A stretch of 64,000 bases of DNA from Balanoglossus misakiensis (taxonomy: Eukaryota; Animalia; Hemichordata): assembly GCA_040954595.2 (NCBI GenBank), contig CM082580.2, positions 10,580,390-10,644,389 of the forward strand. The letters run 5' to 3'. Position numbers and translations under genes: made by a program. Below the pieces are notes generated by a model, which did no database searches, was not told where the DNA came from, and saw nothing but the letters and a program-made list of their open reading frames with translations. This document shows, in pieces, positions 41,713 to 52,357 of this stretch. How positions within the stretch are numbered: position 1 is the stretch's first letter; each line of letters starts with the position of its first letter.

Positions 41713-44700
41713 GGTTTCTCTTACTGTTCAACACTTTGATGTCAAGGAATGAATGCCTTTTTAACAAATTAAAAAAAAATTGACAACGGTTTAAGAAAGG
41801 TACACACACTGAAGAAGCTCTCCGACCGCAAGACATGGGTACATGGGATGAAAATACTGATAATATTATCAAAGGTTGCAGCAACCGGCTCTTTAATCAT
41901 ACAATACAAGATTGACCCTGTTTCATGTCGTTCAGCTTCCTAGAAATATGGTTCAGCGCTGAGCAGAGATGTAATTTGAAGCCACGCCGACTCCATTTCA
42001 AACAAATATCCCGACAATGAAATTCGCGGAATTCTTTCTCAGATATGAGTGTTATTAGCGAGCTGGTGGTGGATCAGCCCGGCGGTCTGTGCGAAAAGCC
42101 GACAGGGCCATTCACACTTCGCGCTCTTTCGAGTATTGAGTCTCCGAGTGTCTTACGGCGGAGTGACATCACAGCACAGCCAAGCTCCGCTCAGAAAAAA
42201 AATCGCGCCGGTACATGATTATGCGCCTTTTTTCTTGAACAATTCATAACCACGTATTCTCAGCGAGACACCAAGGCGTGAGACATTTACGAGACGAATC
42301 ACCAACAGTCCCCCGTGGCAGAGCTGTCCTGAAATAACGATAACATCCATAATTTGCTGTTTGTATGTGATCAATCTTGCAGTGATAGTCAAATTATGAT
42401 GCTAATGTTGGCCATACTTTTACGTATAGGTGTAAAAGTACCCGTCGAATATTTGACAATCCTTCGCGCATAGTTTTCACGGAACAGTCAGTTCGCACCA
42501 ATCTCCAATATTAATATGAGATGAAGCGAATAATTCATCAATTTTCAGGAAGAGCTCTTTTGACACTTTTATTACTTTTGCACACTTGCATATACAACTC
42601 ACTGGGTGACACTATATGAAATGCATATTTTACGTTGTTCTGTTTATCCTGGAAGAGAGGCGTCGGTAAGATGTTCCTGTATACCCATCATTAAGCTTTA
42701 TTAGATAGATCATTCTAAGTCGCAAAGTAAAATCATGAAATAAAGCATAAAGTGGCACCACTTGGGGCGTTACTGGCGACCAATCCACACCCTATCGATA
42801 ATCAGAGCATCACACCCTGTTTAAGTCCCGTGTCTCGTGTAGGACTAAGCGCTTTCGGAAATAACACACACGGGGAAGGAAAATGTCAATGACGACCCTG
42901 GAAGGACTTCAAACACTCATGGTTGGTATAGTCCTCACATAATCTCGTTAAAAAGTCTCTGAAACCGGCGGAGAATTTGTCGACATTCTCACTTGAGTTG
43001 CGGCGAACCCTCGACGACCATTTGTGCACGGCGAATGGAAGTGTCAAAGTGAAAAATATGAACACGAAACAACGGGCTCGTACGTTTCAGTTTTCACCAG
43101 CCCGCTCACCAAACCCCCTGTCATATAAAAAACGAGACAAAAAATCTACGAAAAAGTGTCACACATTTCGTTATTGATAGATGTGTACAGAGCCTATGTG
43201 ATAGCGCCACGCTCGTGTTCTACACAAAGTCCACGCGGACTAAATATCAATTCATGCTCTCTATGGAGTACACGCATCTTTGACTTGTGAATGGGGTCTA
43301 ATAAGCTGTAGGTAACCCAGGGGACAGATTTTTAACAGTAACGATCCCTGTAAATGTTTAATTCATTGCTATATACGAGTTGAAGATGAGTTATGTTGAA
43401 AAAAACAGCTATAAATAAATCCAGTCGACATATTGTTTTGAAGATAATCAATAATTCAAAATATTACCGCAGATTTGCCATAATCTGACAGCCATTGTGT
43501 ATTTCAAGTACATGTGCACGTAAAAGTTGAAATAATTTCACGAGGCAATTGGATGATGGCCCCTGGTGGTTCTTCCATTTGAAAAAAAAAGAATCGTCAC
43601 CATGTATTATGTATAGAGCAGATAGAAAACTGGTTTCACCATACGTGACCTTTTCCTGGTCGTTCAACAGGCCAGTAATATTCAGGGTGTCGAAATCAAG
43701 TCTAAACGAATGCATTATGGGTAATAAGGTCGACGACTCACTGTAGTAAGAGATTGAGTTGTCGATCGGAATATCGTCACCTCGTTAATTGGCGATTTAC
43801 ATAGCATATTTCTGCGTGTGTTAGGCCTAACACACGCGCAAGGGAGGTACATGTACATGTATACAATATACATGTAGTTCGGTTTTGTTTCCTCCCCATG
43901 GCGAATGTGTTGAAGGTCGAATGACTCTTCAATATTCAATTGCAACGCCACTTGCTAACATTGTGCGACCTTCTCTTTTTTATGATTTGATTTCTTTATT
44001 TCTCTGAACCACTTCTCTTCGTGAAATAGTTTGAAAAATACATCTCTTTATGTTCAAAATTTTCCAGAGCAACACATTGCAAAGTGCCCTTCAGTGCCAA
44101 TCAATTCAACAATACAAATATGACGTGATTGCCAGATTTGGATGTAAATTTAAAACATACTACATGTGTTGGGGAAATGGGTGAATTGATTATGCATATT
44201 CAAAATTTGAATCATAAGATGACGATACAGAAAATAAAACAAAACTTGACATAAGCAAGTACGGCCAAAGGTAAAGCTATTACAGGGTTTATCTTTGTTG
44301 AGTTGCCAGTAATGTGTTTGTGTATGAAGCGAATGTCGGCAACTAAACACCACATGTTTCGCGTTAACAATACACCTGCTCATTGTCTATGCAAGTGTAA
44401 GTTATCAAAGACCCGTCGAAGCAGCAAAAAATATGTCTGCGCTTGCGCGGTATCAATACTTGTAAGTTGTGGTGCTCACAAGACTCTCGCGCCTAGCATT
44501 CGGAAATCAGTCGGTAGCAGTGCCAAACGGGGTGTGAAAATACGGTTGTACACAGCGTTATATTGACACGTTTTTGATATCGTGTAGCAAGGTAACGTCT
44601 TACTTTTAATGCTTATAGTACGGTACGGCACATGTCATTGTATGTGTGGTAACTGTCGTGCTATTACCACCTCACAAATGTAGCCAACAGTTACGCTGTT

Positions 44701-44928
44701 TTCTCTCTCTACCTCCCCCTCTCTCTGTCTCTCTCTCTCTCTCTCTGCGCGATGCGTTTCTGCCTGTCTGTCTATCTGTCAGCTATCACACTAGGCTTGG
44801 GAATTCTTATAATGTACAATCGTAATGTCAGGACGACCTAATGTTTTTTTTTCAAAAGTGTATGCCCTTAAAAATAATCGGAAAAGCTTACGTGGCGATT
44901 AGCTAAAAAGATAGGATTGTGCGATAAG

Positions 44929-44963
<35 letters not shown>

Positions 44964-44994
44964 GGACGGACGGACGGACAGACAGACAGACAGA
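44929..44994. repeat. (GACA)n(GACG)n(GACA)n microsatellite
   Basis: Seen directly. Confidence 0.95.
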
Positions 44995-47905
44995 TAAATA
45001 ATGGTTTCAGGACTCTCTTCCGTGTTATAGTTGCTGTAATAAGCATGTTCAATTCGATGAACACTGACGTACACCGGGGTGCGTTTCAAGAAAGTCCAAT
45101 AACTACCTACTCGTGCGTGGAGGCAAATCCCAAAACACCGTCACGAAATGATAGCCAATCGGGAGTGTGGTGATCCTTTGGCCTGAACTCAAGATCTACT
45201 GAACTGGGCAGACCGCTGTTGCTACGCATGTGCAATCCCTGCGGTGTAATGCTCGGTGTCTTTTCGTGTGACCCTCTAATCCTCGGGATTTACAGTTGAT
45301 CTCGGATACTGGATGCACTAAGGCCGATTCAGTTTGATCAGTGGAAAGACACACACGTACAGTAGTTCTTCTGCTATGCTGTGATCGCCTTGTTTGGCAA
45401 GGGTGAAAGACGCAAGTCACTAGCGAGCAAATCACTGCACATGGACACTACATGTATATTGCAAACGTTTTCCTGCCAACGCCATACAAAACAAGGCCAA
45501 CACGCCACCTCGCAAAAACAACCGTACGGTTGCGTTTGAGGCGGTATGACAGCTGACGCAGTGCTATCTTTTCTGTGTCCACTTCAGAATCTGTTTCCGG
45601 AATTCGTGAGTTTTATTTAGCAACAGAGAGTTGCGGCAAGACGGTGCCATTGGGTAGACTGCATAAGATTTTAGGTTTCTATCCGACATGTGCCGAGGAA
45701 AATTGAAATAGGATAGGGGGGTCGGATTTTCAAAATGGCCACCAATCTCCGACCTGCGTAAACTCCAGGGAGAAAATTTTATACAGTTTTCTTCTTTTAT
45801 TTCACAACGACTCCTGGCAAACTTTAATCTATCAAAGAATTGAAAGTTTTGGAGGTGCGTACTTCTTTAGCTTTTAAAGTGTGACGGTCTTTACTTTGAA
45901 AACTCCAAAGATGAATATGACTAATAATACATTAGAACTCCGCGTCTCTTGCTCAGGTCACTATCCTTTCCCTTGTGTACTCTTTCGATCAGCGAAATAT
46001 ATTAGTTTTGTTTTCCGTTGAAATGTAATCTTTAAAAGCATGCGGATTTGTAATCGGATCAAGGTAATACCACGTTTTAGGGCATTCATTTTTTATCGAT
46101 ATTATGCGGCTGAAAATTGATTTCAAGGGGGAGGGAAGAACTGAAAATGTGTTAACGACCAATTCACACTTTCACTGATTGAGAATTTGGTGAGAGGGGC
46201 CGATTCAATTAACAGGAAAATAGATCGATGCGTGGGAGTTGTTTTGCAGATTATCGTCACCCTAGGGCGTCACATACAGTAGGTGGAAACTGGAGGCTGT
46301 CCGCCAGCACTTCAAACTGAAGGGGCCGAGAAAAAGACCCCCTTCTCATCAACGTTGTGTAGAAACAAATAATGTGCCTTCAGCAATTATTTTGAAACAA
46401 CCCATGATTCATTTTACAACGGATCTGATTTTTTTGTTGAAATATGGCGTGACAAGCCTACATGTTTTTCACGACATAAAAGATTCTTCAACCTGAAAAA
46501 ATATGACATTGAGTTTTCGTCTCTTCCTTGAATTGATGGAAATTTGCGAATATAAAGCTTAGTTGTCGTAAATGACACATCCAGAAATACCCCGCCCCCT
46601 CCTCCTTGAATGAAACATTCGAAAGAAGATCAGTTTTATTGGCAAATTAACACTTCTTCGATTTCACGTTTGGGGACCGTGATGATGAGCCCGCACTCTC
46701 ATCCAGGCAACGCTTCGCTCCTTCGTTATAATAACTCGTATTCGCCCGCATCTTGTCATACATCCTGTCATGAAGTGTTTCAGGCTTGAGGTTCGATGGC
46801 AATAACGCCTTTTGTAAAATGCCATGCGTTTTCACCTCTTCAAGAGTAGAACCCTTCCGCTATTCCGCGTTTCCACTCGCGCGTCATACAATGGTCACTT
46901 GAAAGCGCTTATAGTATACACATTTTATTTCGGTTTGTTAAGTGGGGGAGAATTGTGAGCGACGAGTAAAGGGGCCATTCACACACAAAACGTCGCGCTG
47001 CCTGGCATCCGCAACAATCTGACGATTGCTCGTTAATAAGACATACGACCAGCCTACCTAGGACGTGGTGTCGAAATTAATAAGTCACTTTTGTAGACGA
47101 TGGGACCGTGTTTGCGTCGGTTTTCACAAAAGCCGGGATGCGCGTGTTTCAAGACGTCTTCACGAGGGTTTTTTTTTTTTTCAACAGTTTGTATGTGCGC
47201 TTGACTTCGGGTCACTTTCAGTCGTCATACGCTCCTCCCGCCTATTTTCACTGCCACACTAATTAACGCCACGCTGGTAAGAAAGGATATTTTGTGCCTA
47301 TTGTTGGCATAGGGATTCGCGGGGGAGAGGGAGACATCTCGAATCCGCCGGCGTCAAAAGAAGAAAGACACCGAGTGGAGCTGTAGATACGCATGCACAG
47401 CAAGAGTATCCGTCTTGCCAGAGAATGCATTCGCTCGAAATCTGCTTTCAAAAGCGTTCCTAACAAACACATTCCGCCAACAAAAAATCATTGATAAAAG
47501 GCGACAAAAACTCATATGAGTTTCATTTTTACTAGGGATAACGTTTTGACGCAGAAACTCATAATTGAGAGCGCATTTCGACGCAAACGACCGACATTCT
47601 CATAATTAAACTATGTAGGTAGAATGTTTCCGTTAAGCATACATTCGCGTTTCGTTTTTTTAGAGCTACTTCGCTTGTATTTGGGGGCACCTGCGTTTTT
47701 AGCTAAAAGAAGCCTTCTTGCCCGCGTCATTCTATTTCAAGTCGAACGTCTGTCAGGGAAGGGTGGAGTTTAGATATCGGCAACATTAATGAATTCCCTT
47801 CATGCATTCAGGATTTATCGCTTTTAAGCGATCACCCAATTTCAGTGGTTTGCTTTACTAACGCCTCCAATTATCTCTTTTTGCATCTCTCTCTCTCTTC
47901 AGGTA

Positions 47906-48259
47906 ATGATGCCCAATAATCTTTGTTTACTCGTCCTCGCAGCGGTGCTGCTCGTCATTTTCGTGGACTTTCACCGCTGCAGCGCCCTCAACGAGCTGGA
48001 CGACGACTTCCCCGAAGACGACGACCGCTACTTCTACAAGAAGAGTCCATTCCAGGTGAGGGAGAGCAGAGGGAGACACTGCGTCCAAGTCGCCAAGGGT
48101 TGCGGCCCGTGTTGCCAGCCGTCGTGCCGGGCCTGCTGCGTTTTCAAGTGCCTTAAACACCGCCTTCGGAAGAAGTCCGAGGAAAGCGCAGCCGTTGACC
48201 TTTATGGAGAAGAGGAACACAACGTCGAACGCAGGGACACTAGATACTCTCAACCCTAG
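47906..48259 (+). CDS. Secreted cysteine-rich prepropeptide (117 aa), toxin/antimicrobial/neuropeptide-like precursor
   Basis: Hydrophobic signal peptide (LCLLVLAAVLLVIFV...CSA|L), acidic pro-region, basic sites KK, RGR, RLRKK and RR, and the core HCVQVAKGCGPCCQPSCRACCVFKCL. Codons are GC3-rich relative to the flanks. A polypyrimidine tract and AG acceptor at 47901-47902 lie just before the ATG; AATAAA at 48540. Confidence 0.85.
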   Translation: MMPNNLCLLVLAAVLLVIFVDFHRCSALNELDDDFPEDDDRYFYKKSPFQVRESRGRHCVQVAKGCGPCCQPSCRACCVFKCLKHRLRKKSEESAAVDLYGEEEHNVERRDTRYSQP

Positions 48260-48539
48260 ACGGACGGCCTGTCAATACTTACGCACTGCGCCTTGTTTAT
48301 TTTCACTGACGTTTGTGCACATCTACTTGACAATTCCCTGTCGTTTGAATTATTTTGGTTCTCCCTTGTTTTGCCCCGTTGCAACATCATTGAATAACAA
48401 TTATGCGGCCACAACACATTGTCATGTATTTTGTTTTCTTATATCGTTCATAACTTGATTTTATGAAAATCCTTTAAAAAGTCCTCCAATTACCTGTGTT
48501 GTAATGTTACTCCGATTAACACTATCAACTTGTGCGACC

Positions 48540-48545
48540 AATAAA
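48540..48545 (+). terminator. Candidate polyadenylation signal of the Cys-rich peptide gene
   Basis: AATAAA about 280 nt after the stop, in an AT-rich 3' UTR. Confidence 0.45.
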
Positions 48546-50240
48546 ATAATATTTTCTATATACCGTATGGCAAGGTATATATATATGTATAAAAAACAGA
48601 TCATTCGAGTAGGCTACAGATATATAAATGGCGGCTATTTTTGATGTCGACTGATTTATTTTTCCGATTTTGTACAAAGATTTGCTCCGTGAAACTTGTG
48701 TACATCTACCTTGCACTCAAGCATTTTGTTATTGTGTACTGGCCACAGACAAAATGACATGTATGTTGAAAAAAAGTCTTGAATGCTATCTGACGTCATT
48801 TACTCTGGAAACCATAAAATTAAAATTCGATGAAGCAACCGGCGATAAAATTTTAGAAAAGAAAATTGGGGTCATTTCACTAGACTTGCAGAAGAAATTA
48901 AAGATTTGTTTCTATGCTACACTGTAATATTGTCCTATCTTCTCTCGAAAAAAATAATACATCGATCACATTAAATTTATAATCGGTCAACTTTCACAGA
49001 GTTCAAGGGAAAACAGCTCAAACTTTTCCAGCGTCTTTATTTACCATGTGTCGTGTTCCATAGCAGGAATCCGTATGTAAATCCGTGTACGCAAAATTGA
49101 TGATTCAACGCGCGCATATGATGAATACGCAGTATTCTGCGTGATAGAAGTAAAACAATATAGCTGTTGTCATATTTTATGGATGACCGAGGGGTTTCCT
49201 TGAATTTGCTTCTTTTTTGTCGTTTCCGTGGGTTTTCCGTTTCTTCTTGAGGCTTCTTGTTATTGAAAAAAATCACGAAACCGGGGGATACTAAAATAGC
49301 AATACAGGTACACGAAAGGACTTCGGAAACCGCATATTGAAAGGAAAACGGACAAAATCCGAACGAAGTCACGATCACGAACACCGAACACAGAAAACAG
49401 AAACCTTATAAGCTTCCGCACACACACGACGTTGAATTTATGATGGAGAAATCTCTCTCTCTCTCTCTCTCTTCTGCACTCACCTATACACCGCAAAAGA
49501 CCAGTGTAGTGAGTCGGGTGGAAAATTCAAAACATGTGCACGTAAGGTGTTGAGAACCCTAAAAACGGCGTAAAAATTTATGTTATGTTGATGAGACACG
49601 CGCACGAGGAACACACACACGTTCATTTTCTCTCTAGAGGGCGCTAGATCGAGAGAGAGATAAGGGGGACTGATGTAAGCCGTCCTGTAAGCCTGAGATG
49701 ACTTGCATGTGACAAAACAAGAGTCGCGGAAAGTCATATGTGAACGAGTCGGTGAAAACGGCTAATATTATAACATATCACTAATTTTCAAAAGAATTAA
49801 TTCAAGACTAATTTTGACATTCTTCGTTGTCTATACATACATACATATTGTGACTACATATCGTCCTGCTGTATACAGGTTGACATTTTATTCCAAAGTT
49901 AGATGCATTACATCTTGACTAACACAAAACAGAAAACATGAGAAAAAAGACAATAATTTGTGTGAAACAAGAAAAAATCAAGACAAATTTGGGGACTTTT
50001 CATCCAATGCACCACATAAACCTTTAACCCTAGTATAAATCCGATGATTGTAAATGACCGAGTAAGAATAAGTTCAATGGGGGCCTTATTGCTCGTATAA
50101 AATCTTCTTGTATAATATATTTACAAATGTCTGAGTTTTGAGGCTTGGGATCTACATATGGTTGTGCATTGAAACGGTTTGCAACACGGCGATTGTGTAC
50201 TTTCATTTGCTTTGTTGTTGACCTTTGACTTCTGACGATA

Positions 50241-50384
50241 TCACACGCGACGCTATGTCCAGATGCCGGTTCGACTTATACCCAATCAACACATAAAACT
50301 TTGAGCACGTGTCACACGCGACGCTATGTCCAGATGCCGGTTCGACTTATACCCAATCAACACATAAAACTTTGAGCACGTGTC
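50241..50384. repeat. Perfect 71-bp tandem duplication (2 copies)
   Basis: TCACACGCGACGCTATGTCCAGATGCCGG...TTTGAGCACGTG at 50241 and 50312. Confidence 0.95.
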
Positions 50385-50871
50385 TTCAGAAATCAGTAAA
50401 TGTCATGCTAAGCCACAAATTGTCCGGAGTGGGCAAGTGGGCCTCTTGCAACCGTGACGTTATCGGCGGCATGACAACGCTTTCTATAATGGCGTTTGTA
50501 ACTGCTTGCAATCGCAAGTATAGCCTGAGTTTAATGGGCGCAATGGTTTACTAGGCGGATAGTAACGTTTTGTGCACAAATGCATATTTCATTCAACACA
50601 TTACAGCCGGGGTTTTCTTGGATGTGCACATAAAGTTAGGTTTACTCTCTTGTCTACACTTTAGGTGAAATGCATACTTATTGGCGCGACTAATGAAACT
50701 TCTGCTCACAGGAAATAGTTTCGAACGGTGAGTTCTCGTTGATGGCACTGATCGTACAAACGAGTATTTTGCATAAAGATGAACGTGCATGATCCGCTTA
50801 TTCTGATTATGTATACAATCCACAAAAAATACTTCTGATAATAAAGGAATACCTACTATATAGAAAATCTA

Positions 50872-50877
50872 TTTATT
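50872..50877 (-). terminator. Candidate polyadenylation signal of paralog B
   Basis: AATAAA on the - strand about 63 nt after the TAG. Confidence 0.5.
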
Positions 50878-50939
50878 ACAACTTCGCAACGCCAGTGCGC
50901 TGTGTCTGCGCCTACACACTCGGCACAGTGCGTTCCGAA

Positions 50940-51085
50940 CTACTCTTTCTTCTCGGGTAGTTGAAGATCGAGCTTCCCGGCTTTCTGCAGAGCTTTGGTG
51001 ACTTCCGGCTTGACCACCTTCATGTCGATGAAGTGCTTGCCGGTCCAGTTGATGACGTCATCCAGGATTTTCGCAGCGTCCACAG
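50940..51085 (-). CDS. BRICHOS paralog B exon 7 (C-terminal released peptide)
   Basis: ccctccag|CT GTG ... GAG TAG; completes the phase-1 codon (Ala). Confidence 0.85.
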
Positions 51086-52303
51086 CTGGAGGGTGAAACA
51101 AAGGGGCATAGACAGAGAAATCAGCAAATGGAAACATTGCAGTTAATTTCCCACTTATCAGTTATGGTAATCATTTATTCGGGCAACGAAGAAACGCAGC
51201 ATTCGGGACTCACCGCGGCGTTTGCGGAATATCAGCTCGTCGTCATCCATGACGTCATCCAGGGCCTCCTCGACCTCCTCCATGACCTCCTCCACGTAGT
51301 CGTCGACCAGATCCATGATGTCATCGGCGTTGTCCAGCCAACTGTCGAGCAGAGACTCGGGCACCTTCTCCAGCCAGTATGTGGGCACGTCCCAGCAGAG
51401 GCGCGGGATGTACATTCCCAGTCCGCCGAAGTGGTCCATTGGGGGCAGCACCACGCGGTATGTCTCGACCAAGGTCTCGAAGTGCTGGTTGAAGAAACTT
51501 GGATCCTGTAAAAAAAATAATACACATTTCCAAAATCGACGTGTTCTCATTTGGCTCGTATTGAATTTGGCCCGGGGTGTCACTCATTCAAGAATGAGAC
51601 GACACCCCCGGTGTCCTGAATACCAGAACCAAGAGCCACAAAGCCAGGATCTATTGACAGAGATGTTCTCCTTCAATGCGCCAACAAGTGCAGGCGCCAC
51701 ACATTACTATCCCACTCGCACTCACCTTCATTTTCTCCCAGAATTCCTGGGGGTTAAGAGCGACAGTCTGGTTGAGTTTCTTCACGTAGCACCTGCCAGA
51801 ATTCCACATTTTGTAGGCTGACAGTTGCTGCAAAGTTGTCAAGAGCTCGAGTTAAGAACATTTAATTGCAGGCCAGTAGAGGGTGTTGCTGTGTTTCACT
51901 CTACCAATGCTTTGACGAAACATCTATCTATCTATCCGTCCGTCCGTCAGTCTGTCGACATATTCGTCCGTCCAAACAACTATCAACCAATCGGCCTACC
52001 AGGCATGCACCAAACATACTGTCGTTCAACCAATCCAGCATCCACGTAATCAATTGCTACATAAAGCTCTTACCACATTGACATTGTAATCATGTAAGAT
52101 GGTGATCCGCTCACATTGGTCATTTTCGGGCTGTTCAATCCTTTCGTACATACGGTCTGGGTCGATGTCCAGCTCTTCATCCATCTGGTGTTCCCGCCCT
52201 TCGTCAGAATTGTCACTGCTCTGTTAGACGTAACAAGAAACACAGAGTATTATCTCGGTCGTTGCCAGATTATCATGGAAACACAGGCTGTTAAGTTCGA
52301 TTG

Positions 52304-52357
<54 letters not shown>

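Noticed and set aside
43847-43877. Recurrent TACATGTA palindromes (also 2909, 57728, 58432, 61738)
   Set aside because: Scattered simple motif with no positional pattern relative to the genes.
47923-48253. Overlapping alternative-frame and antisense ORFs
   Set aside because: Shadows of the Cys-rich peptide CDS, which alone has a signal peptide and processing sites.
51128-51821. Long + strand ORFs (127 and 168 aa) and alternative-frame ORFs
   Set aside because: Antisense shadows of GC3-rich paralog B exons.
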